Positions 21,671-30,945 of a DNA stretch of 64,000 bases are shown here, piece after piece (positions within the stretch are counted from its first letter, which is position 1; the number at the start of each line of letters is the position of its first letter). The stretch is from an uncultured delta proteobacterium (lineage in GTDB: Bacteria > Desulfobacterota > Binatia > UBA9968), in assembly GCA_963840855.1 (NCBI GenBank), contig CAWJBB010000040.1, positions 320,001 through 384,000 of the forward strand, read 5' to 3'. The position numbers and the translations under genes were made by a program. The notes under the pieces are model-generated. The model was not told the origin of the DNA. It ran no database searches and was given only the letters and a program-made list of their open reading frames with translations.

Positions 21671-22606
21671 CTACTTGAGACTTCTTAGGAGTGAAAAATC
21701 GAACATCTCGCCCACCGTCAGGCGCTTGGAAATCTCGCCGCGCGCGTGGGCAGTGTCGAGATATTTTTGAATTGGCTCATCGCGCAGCAACAGCCCATCC
21801 ACCATCACGCCGTGGATATCCTCGTAGGACTCCAATGCGTTGGCGGCGCTGACGTTGAAACCCTTCTCGATATACGCCACCACCGCGGCCTTGTCGCGGC
21901 GAATCGCCGCCGTGACATCGCGCATGGAACGCAGCATGTTTCTAACCTGCTCGGTTTGTTTCTCAATCTTGTGGCGGTTGGCGACCAAGCCAAGCCAGGG
22001 CGCTTCGGCGAGGGAACGGCTACGCGCCAAAATCTTGTAGCCTTTCTCGGCCATAATGCCGGTAAAGGGCGGGCTCAATACCGCCGCATTCACCGAGCCT
22101 TGTTGTATCGCCGTCAAGCTCACCGACGTGCTGCCGGTTTGTATGAACGTAACCTTCTTGGGGTCCGCTCCGCCGTATTCGAGCATTTGTGAGCCGTAGC
22201 GGTGGCTCTCCGAACCGATGCGTGACACCGCCACCTTTTTGCCCTCCAGCTCTTTCACGTTGGCAAGGCTGGCCGGACCGACCAGAGAAAACAGCGGAGC
22301 GCGATAGAGGATCGCCAGCCCTTTGAGTGGCAAACCACCGGCAATGGCATTGGCAGCAGGCCCAGCTGACGGCGTGAAGTCGATCTCTCCCGACGCCAGG
22401 CCGGCCAATTGCAAATCGCTGCGCATCTGGATCAGCTCGACATCGAGCCCATATTTATCGTAAATCTTCGTATCCTTGGCATAATAGAACGGCAGAAAAA
22501 CGACGTTGCGCACGGAAAGCGCCACGCGCACCCGCTCCAGCGCCAACCCGGAACCGTGATACAAAACCGTAGCTGCAATGAAGAAAATTACCGTTATGAA
22601 CCGCAA
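21671..22606 (-). CDS. NMT1/SsuA-like ABC substrate-binding protein (start uncertain, TTG at 22606)
   Basis: Signal-like N-terminus, YGLDVELI, LEGKKVAVSRIGS, D.SLL C-terminus. Confidence 0.8.
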   Translation of the reverse strand: MRFITVIFFIAATVLYHGSGLALERVRVALSVRNVVFLPFYYAKDTKIYDKYGLDVELIQMRSDLQLAGLASGEIDFTPSAGPAANAIAGGLPLKGLAILYRAPLFSLVGPASLANVKELEGKKVAVSRIGSESHRYGSQMLEYGGADPKKVTFIQTGSTSVSLTAIQQGSVNAAVLSPPFTGIMAEKGYKILARSRSLAEAPWLGLVANRHKIEKQTEQVRNMLRSMRDVTAAIRRDKAAVVAYIEKGFNVSAANALESYEDIHGVMVDGLLLRDEPIQKYLDTAHARGEISKRLTVGEMFDFSLLRSLK

Positions 22607-22762
22607 ATAAACGTTCCCACTCCGATAACTTAAATTGACCAAATCACTTTCCCTATCGCTAAATTCGAATGTCACTGAATTCGGTTTACAGGTGCACATC
22701 CATACGCCGGAAACGCCGCAGCTGAATACCAACCCGTTCAATTCGCTCTCTTGTCCGACGGC

Positions 22763-22795
22763 TTGAACAATTTGAACGTTTTGAACGACTTGAAC
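22763..22795. repeat. 4 x 9-bp TTGAACnnn tandem array
   Basis: TTGAAC at 22763, 22772, 22781, 22790. Confidence 0.8.
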
Positions 22796-22815
22796 CTCGG
22801 GTCGCCGAAAGATTC

Positions 22816-23589
22816 TCAATGGCTCGCTTCTTCCAGCGCGGCGCGCAGCATGACGCCGTGAAGATCCACGGATGTCATCGCGCAATATTCCAATCCATAG
22901 GTTGGCCGCTCATCGGCCATGCCGGTTTCCAACAGCCGCTGCAACGCCAAGCGATTGAAACTGGCGTGGCCCATGACGCCTTCTTCATGCTCCTGCAAGT
23001 CCGCTTCGATATGGGTCGCGAAGTAGGTCGCCTTTTCGCGGTCGAAGCCATAATGGCTCGTGAGCGCTTTGTAGCAAGCCGCCGACCAGTGGCCGATCTG
23101 CTCCTCCGTCGTTACCGCCGCATACCACTCCGCGGCCGTCCCCTCGTAGACGATGCTGCGCATAAAATCGATTTTGGCGCGAAACTCGGACACCATCGGA
23201 GTCGTAAACACTTCTTCCTCCGTAAGCCCGAAGGCCTTCGCCGTCTGGATCATAACTAAGAAATGGCCCGGCGGCTTGGGGTGTATGAACTCATCGGCGA
23301 TCTTCTCACCTATGGGCCCCATCAGGTCTCGGTTCACTTTCAAGAACGTGATGTTCTTGTGATAGGTGCAAGCCGTCAGGGTGTTGATCTCGATGGTATA
23401 GGCGCCCCAATTTCTAAAAAACGTTTGCAGCACGTTCCACGGCAGCTTACCCGCCATCAACTGCTGCATGAACGGTCTTTGATTCACGTTTTCTTCCCAG
23501 CGTTCGCGCACTTTGGCGTAAAGTCCGTCGACGATGGCCTTGGCCTCGACGGGTGAGTATTTATTCCCCAACTGAATTTTGAGCGCCAT
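22816..23589 (-). CDS. Heme-oxygenase-like diiron (PqqC/CADD-like) protein 3
   Basis: EKIADEF....PGH, TEEQ, YFATHIEADLQEH. Confidence 0.78.
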   Translation of the reverse strand: MALKIQLGNKYSPVEAKAIVDGLYAKVRERWEENVNQRPFMQQLMAGKLPWNVLQTFFRNWGAYTIEINTLTACTYHKNITFLKVNRDLMGPIGEKIADEFIHPKPPGHFLVMIQTAKAFGLTEEEVFTTPMVSEFRAKIDFMRSIVYEGTAAEWYAAVTTEEQIGHWSAACYKALTSHYGFDREKATYFATHIEADLQEHEEGVMGHASFNRLALQRLLETGMADERPTYGLEYCAMTSVDLHGVMLRAALEEASH

Positions 23590-23609
23590 AAGAAACCTCT
23601 ATTCGACGT

Positions 23610-24713
23610 TCAAAACCGCTCCGGTGAAAATCCTTCCGCTTTGTTTCCCGGCCCGGCAAGCAAGAGCTCAGCCGCCAGGCGCCCCACCGCCGCGCTGGTC
23701 GTCATGCCGTGGCCGCCGAGACCGGCGATCCAGAAAAACCCCTCTACATCGGCGTCCCAGCCGATCACGAAGCGGCCGTCGGGAGTCAGCGTGCGAAAAC
23801 CGGCCCAGCCGCGGCTGATCGAAACCTCGGACAGTGCCGGTATGTAATTGTGAATTTTTTCGGCCAGCAGCTCTTGTACGTCGCCGTTCACGGGCGGGTC
23901 ACCGGGCGGCAACTCCTCCTGGTCGCAAGCACAAAGCAGCAAGCCGTCACCCTCGGGGCGAAAGTAAATATCATGGGTCACGTCCCAAATAAACGGCCAC
24001 CCTTTGTCTACCCACGGGAGCGGCCCGGAAACGAAAAGATGGCGCCGGCATGGGCGCAGCGGCATGCGTGCCGCGCCGGCCATCTCAGCCACGGAATTGG
24101 CCCACGCGCCCGACGCATTAACCACGATGCGCGCTTGCAACGCACCCTTTTCCGTCACGACTTCGAACATCGCGCCGCGCCGCTCCACGGCGCGCACGCC
24201 GGCGCCGTATCTGAGCTTCGCTCCATTGGCAGCGGCAGCCTTAAGGTAGCCGGACAGCAAAGCATGGATGTCAATGATGCCGTCGGTGCCGCACCAGGCG
24301 GCGCCGTCGAACTCCGCCTCGCGCAAGACCGGCACATGGCGCTTCGCTTGCTCCGGAGTCCAAAGTTCCATTTCGATGCCGACACTGAGTCCGACCCTGG
24401 CGTCCTGTTGCAGCTTGTCCCATCCTTTGCCGCTACCGAGCAAAAGCGAGCCGTTTTGCTTAAAGTCGATCGGTTCCGGCCAATCATCGGGAGGATTGCG
24501 GATAAAATTCGCGCCCTCCCGCGTCAGGGTGTCAAGCGATAAATCCGGCACGCACTGGCGCACCATCGCCGCATTGCGCCCTGAGGAATGAAAGCCTGGA
24601 ATCGCTTCTTGCTCCAGCAGCAAGATGTTGGCGATGCCGCGCCGGCTCAAGTGATAAGCCGTGGCAGCACCGGCAAAACCCGCGCCAATAATTACATATT
24701 CAAATGAGTCCAT
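23610..24713 (-). CDS. FAD-dependent oxidoreductase (DAO/sarcosine oxidase-like)
   Basis: IIGAGFAGAATAY, SSGRNAA, WAGFRTLTPDG, GLGGHG; ATG at 24713. Confidence 0.9.
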   Translation of the reverse strand: MDSFEYVIIGAGFAGAATAYHLSRRGIANILLLEQEAIPGFHSSGRNAAMVRQCVPDLSLDTLTREGANFIRNPPDDWPEPIDFKQNGSLLLGSGKGWDKLQQDARVGLSVGIEMELWTPEQAKRHVPVLREAEFDGAAWCGTDGIIDIHALLSGYLKAAAANGAKLRYGAGVRAVERRGAMFEVVTEKGALQARIVVNASGAWANSVAEMAGAARMPLRPCRRHLFVSGPLPWVDKGWPFIWDVTHDIYFRPEGDGLLLCACDQEELPPGDPPVNGDVQELLAEKIHNYIPALSEVSISRGWAGFRTLTPDGRFVIGWDADVEGFFWIAGLGGHGMTTSAAVGRLAAELLLAGPGNKAEGFSPERF

Positions 24714-24791
24714 CGTTCCAATGCCATTTAATTTATACGACAATTCATAACCTATTGCGGCGGTTTCAGCCACACCCTCGGCGGGGTAGGG

Positions 24792-24882
24792 GTTCCAGTC
24801 GTTCAAGCCGTTCAAATCGTTCAAACCGTCGGAGAATTTGGGCGACGTCTTGAACAACTTGAACGATTTGAACTTTTTGAAC
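24792..24882. repeat. Inverted pair of 4 x 9-bp arrays (GTTCAA x4 ... TTGAAC x4)
   Basis: GTTCMA at 24792, 24801, 24810, 24819; TTGAAC at 24850, 24859, 24868, 24877. Confidence 0.8.
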
Positions 24883-24936
24883 GCACCATTATTTAGGGTT
24901 TGCAAGACCGTCAAACTGCGATATAGTTCATTTGCC

Positions 24937-26760
24937 ATGAGAATCCATCGCTATACCCAATGGGATGGCACCCAAGAGGTCCTCTTCCCCACCTCCGCTG
25001 ATCTGCTCAAACACCTCTCGGACAATCTCCTCGAAGAAGAAGGCGTGCGCCGCGCTTTGCGCAATTTGATGCGCCGCGGCTTTACTTCCGAAGACGGAGA
25101 GCGCTCGGTGAAGGGTATGCGCGACTTTCTGCGCCAGGCGGAGGAGAAGCGTCGCGAGCTGCTCAACAAATATTCTCCCGACTCCTTCAAGCTCACGCCG
25201 GAAGAACAACAAGCTCTCAGCGACAAGCTGAATAGCCTGTCGGAAAAACTTGAGGCGTATAACGAGCAGATGCGCAACTTCATGGAGCGCATGTCGGGAA
25301 AGTACGCCGATCAGATGGACGAGATGGGGCGGCGCATGCAGCAAGCGCACCAGCGTTACCAGGAACTGATGCAGCGGTTGCAAAACCAGATCGCCGAGCG
25401 CGGCATGCAGCGCAAACAAAACCTGACGGGACAGAGCCCGCAGGATTTGATGAACATGCTCGACCGCATGAATCAGCTGCTGCAAGACGAAAACTTTCTC
25501 AAGAACCTGCCTAACATGCTGGACGCGGCGGTGGACGATCTCGACGCGATGATGGAGAGCCTGAGCTCCATGACCGACGAGCAGCTCCAACAGATGAGCG
25601 AAATGATGAGCCAGATGCAGCAGCTCGAGCAGTTGCTCAACCAGTACCCGTTTCAGGGCTCGCAACGCATGGGTATGGGCGAAGCCGGCCAGCTGCTTGG
25701 GCAAATGCGCGGCTTGGAGCGCTTTCTGCGATGGGGCCAACGCGGCATGGGCGATCCCTCCGAGCTCGATCTCGACGAGATTCGCCAGCTCCTGGGCGAG
25801 GAAGCCTACGAGCACTTAAAATACTTGCAAAACGTCGAGCAGATGCTCGAAGAGGACGGCTACATCGTCCGCACCAACCACGGCCTCAAGCTCACTCCCA
25901 AGGGGATGCGCAAGATCGGCGACAAGGCGCTCAGAGAAATTTTTCAGATGCTCAACAAAAGCCGATGGGGCAACCACTCGACCTCTCTGCGCGGCTCCCA
26001 GGGCGACCGCATGGAAGAGACCAAAAAATATGAATACGGCGATCCCCTGAACGTCAATATCAGCGAGACGCTGTTGAACGCCTTGGAACGGCGCAAGAAG
26101 GGTGAACCGCTCCGAATTAGCCCCGAAGATTTCGCCGTACACCGGGTCGAGTATTCCACCATGAGCGAGACCGCCCTATTGATCGACGTAAGCTATTCGA
26201 TGCTCATGAACGATGCCCTGCACGCCGGCAAAAAGGTCGCGCTGGCGCTGCACCGGCTCATCGAAACCAAGTACCCGCATGACACGCTGCACCTCGTCGC
26301 CTTTCGCTCCAACGCCAAGCTGATACAGGCCGAAGACCTGCCCTCCATCGTATCGCTGACCTATTTTATGGAGCATGGCACGGACATTAAGGAAGCCTTG
26401 CGCTTCGCGCGCCAGTTGCTCGGACCGAATCGAAGCTCCAACCGGCAGATTATTTTGATCACTGACGGCGAGCCGACGGCGGCGACCCTGGACCGCGGCG
26501 GGCGCTTGCACAGTGGCTGGGGCTCGGCGCTGCTGCACAGCCGCATCGTTCACGAAACCTTGAAGGAAGTGAAGCGTTGCACCCAGAGCGGCATCAAGAT
26601 CAACACCTTCATGCTGGGCGGCGATTATTACCGCCAGGGGTTCGTCGACCAGCTTTCCCGGCTCAACACGGGCCGAGTCTTCTACACCTCGCCCGACCAG
26701 ATGGGAAACTACATCATGGTCGACTACATCGCCAATAAGCGCAAACGCATCGGACGCTGA
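24937..26760 (+). CDS. VWA-domain protein with Gln/Met-rich coiled coil
   Basis: YTQWDGTQ start, LTPKGMRKIG, MIDAS DVSYSM, ITDGEPT. Confidence 0.85.
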   Translation: MRIHRYTQWDGTQEVLFPTSADLLKHLSDNLLEEEGVRRALRNLMRRGFTSEDGERSVKGMRDFLRQAEEKRRELLNKYSPDSFKLTPEEQQALSDKLNSLSEKLEAYNEQMRNFMERMSGKYADQMDEMGRRMQQAHQRYQELMQRLQNQIAERGMQRKQNLTGQSPQDLMNMLDRMNQLLQDENFLKNLPNMLDAAVDDLDAMMESLSSMTDEQLQQMSEMMSQMQQLEQLLNQYPFQGSQRMGMGEAGQLLGQMRGLERFLRWGQRGMGDPSELDLDEIRQLLGEEAYEHLKYLQNVEQMLEEDGYIVRTNHGLKLTPKGMRKIGDKALREIFQMLNKSRWGNHSTSLRGSQGDRMEETKKYEYGDPLNVNISETLLNALERRKKGEPLRISPEDFAVHRVEYSTMSETALLIDVSYSMLMNDALHAGKKVALALHRLIETKYPHDTLHLVAFRSNAKLIQAEDLPSIVSLTYFMEHGTDIKEALRFARQLLGPNRSSNRQIILITDGEPTAATLDRGGRLHSGWGSALLHSRIVHETLKEVKRCTQSGIKINTFMLGGDYYRQGFVDQLSRLNTGRVFYTSPDQMGNYIMVDYIANKRKRIGR

Positions 26761-26881
26761 CCTAACACCACCACCGCACCGCCATTTTAGATTTTCGATT
26801 GCCGATTTTGGATTGGTAAACCACATCCGTACCGGGTAGTTTCGTACTCTCTTTCTGCCAATCTAAAATCCACAGAAAATC

Positions 26882-28072
26882 CTAAGAGGTGATGAGCGCG
26901 AGCACACCGGTGTAAGCGAAAAGATGATTGGACCGGCCCAGCGGCGCCAGCTCGTAGCCACCGAACATGCCGATCAGCGGAAAGTCGCCGAGTATCTGGC
27001 GGATATAAGCCGTGTCGATTCCTGCCATGCCGTAAAGCGACGCGCCGCGCGCGCAGCAGTTGAAATAAAACCCGAACGCCGGCTTTTCCCCGGCCAAGCG
27101 CTCAGCCTGACGCTGGAGCATCTGGTTCAAGTCCTCCCGCGCCCGCTGGCCGTCGCGCAGCGCGAAGATCAGCGCCTGCCCTTCGTGCACTTCGTCGGCG
27201 ACGCCGAGTATTCCTTTACCTGGATCGAGGCCGACGATGTTGCGGATCACGTATTGTCCCGGCGCCACGCTATTTTGACTCTTATCCGCCGGCAGTCCCA
27301 CAAACAGCACCATCAGCGCGCGTCTTAGATCCTCCGCAAGGGGTCCTTTTAATAAACGCGCGAACACCTCCAGCGCGGGGCGATGGTCGATCTCGTAAAT
27401 CAGGTTACCCTCCGCCTTGGTGATTTTCATCGGCTCGGTGATCGGCTGGCACCCCTGCGTAATATCGATATGCGTTTGAAACGCGCCCGCGAGCCCCATG
27501 CCGGCCACGGCATTGGTCGTCACAGTGCCGCCACAAAGTTGGTAGGTGGTCCGCGCCATGCCGCTTTCCGATGCTCCCGCGCCGATCACCGGCAGAAACC
27601 CGGCATGGCTTTCAATACTTCCAAGCAGCCGCTGCGGATGGCCGTTATAGGTATCAGGGAGCAAGACGAGTAGACAATCTTCAGCCGCAGACCCGCCTGT
27701 CTGCCGCGCGATTTCGTCGCCGGCGATTTCATCCCGTTCCCGGAGCGGTTGAAACAGAAATGGCTGGCTGTGAATCTGATCCGACTGGTAAACCAAAACG
27801 GCCACGCCGTGGCTGCCTTCCACTTCACCGGCGGCGGTTAGCACACCCGCCGCGCTACAGCCCGTGATTTTTTCGGCGCCGGTGGCCGCGCTGAGGGACT
27901 CTGCCAATTCGTTCGACCGGCCCGCGTGCTCAGCGGTGAAAAACGCCACAGCGGTATCGGCGCGCGAAATGCCCGCTTCGGCGAGAGCCTGAGCGCCAGC
28001 TTCCGCCACGGCGTCTTTAGTCGAAGTTCGCGAAGATTGGCCCGCACCCGCGCGTATCATGATAACCGGCAC
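26882..28072 (-). CDS. FIST signal transduction protein
   Basis: GCSAAGV, QGCQPI, FNCCARG, GMFGGYEL, YTGV. Confidence 0.88.
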   Translation of the reverse strand: MPVIMIRAGAGQSSRTSTKDAVAEAGAQALAEAGISRADTAVAFFTAEHAGRSNELAESLSAATGAEKITGCSAAGVLTAAGEVEGSHGVAVLVYQSDQIHSQPFLFQPLRERDEIAGDEIARQTGGSAAEDCLLVLLPDTYNGHPQRLLGSIESHAGFLPVIGAGASESGMARTTYQLCGGTVTTNAVAGMGLAGAFQTHIDITQGCQPITEPMKITKAEGNLIYEIDHRPALEVFARLLKGPLAEDLRRALMVLFVGLPADKSQNSVAPGQYVIRNIVGLDPGKGILGVADEVHEGQALIFALRDGQRAREDLNQMLQRQAERLAGEKPAFGFYFNCCARGASLYGMAGIDTAYIRQILGDFPLIGMFGGYELAPLGRSNHLFAYTGVLALITS

Positions 28073-28109
28073 TATAGGAGAGTGACGAAGGAATGGTCAA
28101 GCGAAATGG

Positions 28110-28184
28110 GTTCCCCTCCTCCCCGCGACGCGGGGCGGATAAAGGAGGGGATTGAACGGTTTGAACGATTGGAACGTTTTGAAC
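28110..28184. repeat. GC palindrome followed by 4 x 9-bp TTGAAC array
   Basis: TCCCCTCCT...AGGAGGGGA stem; TTGAAC/TGGAAC at 28152, 28161, 28170, 28179. Confidence 0.7.
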
Positions 28185-28202
28185 GGGAGCGCAGCGACTG
28201 AG

Positions 28203-28412
28203 TTATAACACTTTAAACCCGGCCTTTAACACGGCGCGCAAAAAATCATCGATGTGGGACTGGCTTGGATCGAATTCGAGCACGGCGACGCTGCGCTCAA
28301 CGCTGAATTCGACGCCTTCCACACCGGGCAGAGCTGAAAGGGCTTCCTTCAGGACCGGCAGGTCTTCGGATTTTAGATCCGCAACGGATATAATCGCGGT
28401 TTTGGTTGCCAT
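28203..28412 (-). CDS. HMA-fold small protein lacking CxxC
   Basis: ALSALPGVEGVEFS...KAGFKV ferredoxin-like HMA pattern, no Cys. Confidence 0.6.
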   Translation of the reverse strand: MATKTAIISVADLKSEDLPVLKEALSALPGVEGVEFSVERSVAVLEFDPSQSHIDDFLRAVLKAGFKVL

Positions 28413-28570
28413 ACGAGTGATCACTTCACTGTGACAAATGTGTCTCGCGAAGGCAATTGATCTATGGCCGGCGATTCGGCAAAAAGCGGCTTGACGAAAA
28501 AAGCCCAGCCGTCATATGGTGGTCAAAGGGCTGAGGACAATAATAAAATCCTAAACGGGAGAGGTGTTCT

Positions 28571-29542
28571 ATGGCCACCAACGGCAATAACGCTTTGCAT
28601 CTGGCGACTCACTCGGGATGGTACCGTTTCGATCGCCAAGGTGAGAATTGGGCTCAAGCCGACCGGGCGCTGACTTTTTGGCAAATGAGCTGTATCCAAG
28701 TCGACCCGGAAAATCCGCAGCGTGTTTATATTGGGACGGAACACTCCGGCATGTTCGTCACCGACAATGGCGGCAAAGAATGGATGCGCGCCAATCCCAA
28801 CGTGCCCTGCCTGGCGATGTCGTCCATGCTCGCCTTGCCGGGCAAACTTTTGGTTGGCACTATGCCGTCGGCACTTTATTTTAAGCCTAAAGACGGTGGC
28901 TGGCAGGAGCTGAAGGGCGTGCGCCAGGGTTCTGTCGGCGGCACTTTTCCGCCCAATCCCGATTTTCCCGCCCGCACTCGTGTGCTGACGAGAGAGAACA
29001 AACCCAGTGGTAGGTTTTTCGCGGGTATCGAGGTCGCGGGTATTCTCGTTAGCGACGATGATGGCCAGACCTGGACGGCTGCCAACGATGGCCTCACCGA
29101 TCCGGATATGCATCAAATCTTGCCGTCCAAAAAACGCGACGGACTAGTTGTCGCGGCTTGTGGCGAAGGCGTCTCGCGCAGCCTGGACCGCGGCTCTCAC
29201 TGGGAAAAGGTTACGCCGGCGGGCAACCGCACTTACGGCAACGCCTTAGCGGAAGACGACGATGGCAATATTTATCTGGGAATCACCCAGGACCGGCCAC
29301 GCACCTGGACACGCTCCGGGCGGGCAAATACCGCTATCTTCAAATCTCAAGACGGCGCCAATTGGGAGCTGCTGACGGAAAGGATACGCGGCGGCGTGAT
29401 GGATATCTGCGCGGCTCCGGAAGGCAAAGGCGTGTTGATCTCCACGGCCGATGGAGAAGTCGTAAAGGTTGCGCCATCGGGCGACACGCAAACGATCATC
29501 GACGGCTTGCCGTGCATCACGGCGATGGCGCTGGGCGCATAA
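28571..29542 (+). CDS. BNR/Asp-box beta-propeller protein
   Basis: Repeated S/T-x-D-x-G-x-x-W boxes (TDNGGKEW, SDDDGQTW, SLDRGSHW, SQDGANW). Confidence 0.8.
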   Translation: MATNGNNALHLATHSGWYRFDRQGENWAQADRALTFWQMSCIQVDPENPQRVYIGTEHSGMFVTDNGGKEWMRANPNVPCLAMSSMLALPGKLLVGTMPSALYFKPKDGGWQELKGVRQGSVGGTFPPNPDFPARTRVLTRENKPSGRFFAGIEVAGILVSDDDGQTWTAANDGLTDPDMHQILPSKKRDGLVVAACGEGVSRSLDRGSHWEKVTPAGNRTYGNALAEDDDGNIYLGITQDRPRTWTRSGRANTAIFKSQDGANWELLTERIRGGVMDICAAPEGKGVLISTADGEVVKVAPSGDTQTIIDGLPCITAMALGA

Positions 29543-29644
29543 CAAGTCTAGCGTTCCGCGTCTAGAGTCTCGCGTTTCGGATTTCGAGCGGAAAGGCGCG
29601 AGGGTAGGGGAACCCTAGACCCTGGAACTCTAAACGCTAGACCC

Positions 29645-30121
29645 CTATGTCGGCAGCTTCTGATATTTGCCTTTGAAGAATAATAGCGGCCGCTCACCGT
29701 TGGCGCTCACATTTACGATTTCACCCAAGACGATCGTGTGATCGCCGCCGTCGTAGCATTGCGTAATCTTGCACTCCACGTGGCCCAGAATTCCGTCTAG
29801 AATCGCCGCCCCGTTGTTTCCTTCTTTCCATTGAAGCCCGGCGAACTTGTCGACACCTTTGGTCGCGAAGCGACGTGAAATCTCTTCTTGCTCTTCGCTG
29901 AGAAAGTTGACCGTAAAGCCGTTCTGCGGCTCAAAGCAAGCGTAGCATGTTGCGCCTTTGTCCACGCTGATGAGAATCAAGGGCGGATTCAAGGACAACG
30001 ACATAAAAGCATTGGCCGTGAGTCCCTGCGGAAGCCCGTCTCTGTCCTTGGTGGTAATGACGGTCACGCCAGTCGCGAAATGGCCCATTACCCGGCGCAG
30101 CTCTTGCGGTTCGATAGTCAT
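29645..30121 (-). CDS. Flavin reductase family protein
   Basis: MGHFATGVTVIT, SLSLNPPL, GGDHTIVLGE, PLLFFKG. Confidence 0.92.
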   Translation of the reverse strand: MTIEPQELRRVMGHFATGVTVITTKDRDGLPQGLTANAFMSLSLNPPLILISVDKGATCYACFEPQNGFTVNFLSEEQEEISRRFATKGVDKFAGLQWKEGNNGAAILDGILGHVECKITQCYDGGDHTIVLGEIVNVSANGERPLLFFKGKYQKLPT

Positions 30122-30264
30122 CTGCTCGCTCAATATGTTCGGATTTGTTTCAACAGGTACCAGAGGCAAGCTCGCACTGTCAAACCAAGATCTTAATTAG
30201 CCGGCGGCCTGGACGAAAGTTTGGCAAAAGTGATAAAGGATATCACATGGAAGGGAGGGATTTT

Positions 30265-30819
30265 ATGGCCGTGCAGGAACAAAAAGCTGAGAGTTCATTA
30301 GACCGGTACATCGCGGAGGTCCGCTCGGTATGGGGTGACGGCAAGGATCCCCAGCTGCCGTTTAAGGTCACGGCCTTGATGGAAAAACTGTTCGCCGCCA
30401 CCAGCCCGGACGACCCGTGGATGGCGGAACTGATGCGGGATGGAAAACCGTCACGCGAGCTTTATCGCGATGCCGAGCTCGGCTTCATTCAGATGGGCCA
30501 CATTCACAAACAGGGTCACGGCAACAAGCCCCACGATCACGGTCCCTGCTGGGTTGTCTACGGTTCGTTCAAAGGCATAACGGAAATCACCAAGTACAAA
30601 CGCACGGATGATGGGTCGAAGGAAGGTCACGCAGTGATCGAGAAAGACCGTCTCGATCGTCTCACTCCCGGAGTCGTCGTGCCCTACTTGCGGGGCGACA
30701 TCCATTCGACCAACGCCGTTGAAGGTCCCGGCGTCGTCTTTCGCTTCTTGAGTTACGACTTGGACAAGATCGAGCGGTACCGTTACAACATGGAAAAGCA
30801 AACAATGACGAAAGCCTAA
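30265..30819 (+). CDS. Cysteine-dioxygenase-like cupin
   Basis: PHDHGPCWVVYG ... GDIHS 3-His pattern; RBS GGAGG before ATG. Confidence 0.7.
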   Translation: MAVQEQKAESSLDRYIAEVRSVWGDGKDPQLPFKVTALMEKLFAATSPDDPWMAELMRDGKPSRELYRDAELGFIQMGHIHKQGHGNKPHDHGPCWVVYGSFKGITEITKYKRTDDGSKEGHAVIEKDRLDRLTPGVVVPYLRGDIHSTNAVEGPGVVFRFLSYDLDKIERYRYNMEKQTMTKA

Positions 30820-30826
30820 ATGGATG

Positions 30827-30852
30827 GTAGGGGCAGACCTGCGTGTCTGCCC
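30827..30852. repeat. GTAG-type REP palindrome
   Basis: GTAG + GGGCAGAC-CTGCGT-GTCTGCCC. Confidence 0.7.
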
Positions 30853-30945
30853 TGTTACAACCGGGAAAAGGTACAGTAGCGAAACTTTAGGCCACAGGTT
30901 TTTGTTGCGGATTTAACTCGAAACCCGAGGCTCAAAACAGTGTAA

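Noticed and set aside
18564-23589. PQQ biosynthesis or ethanolamine utilisation operon
   Set aside because: No pqqA/B/D/E and no eutB/C or microcompartment shell genes in the window
22763-28184. GTTC/GAAC arrays as LexA boxes
   Set aside because: The 9-bp period fits neither GTTC-N7-GTTC nor GAAC-N4-GTTC, and neighbouring genes are not SOS genes
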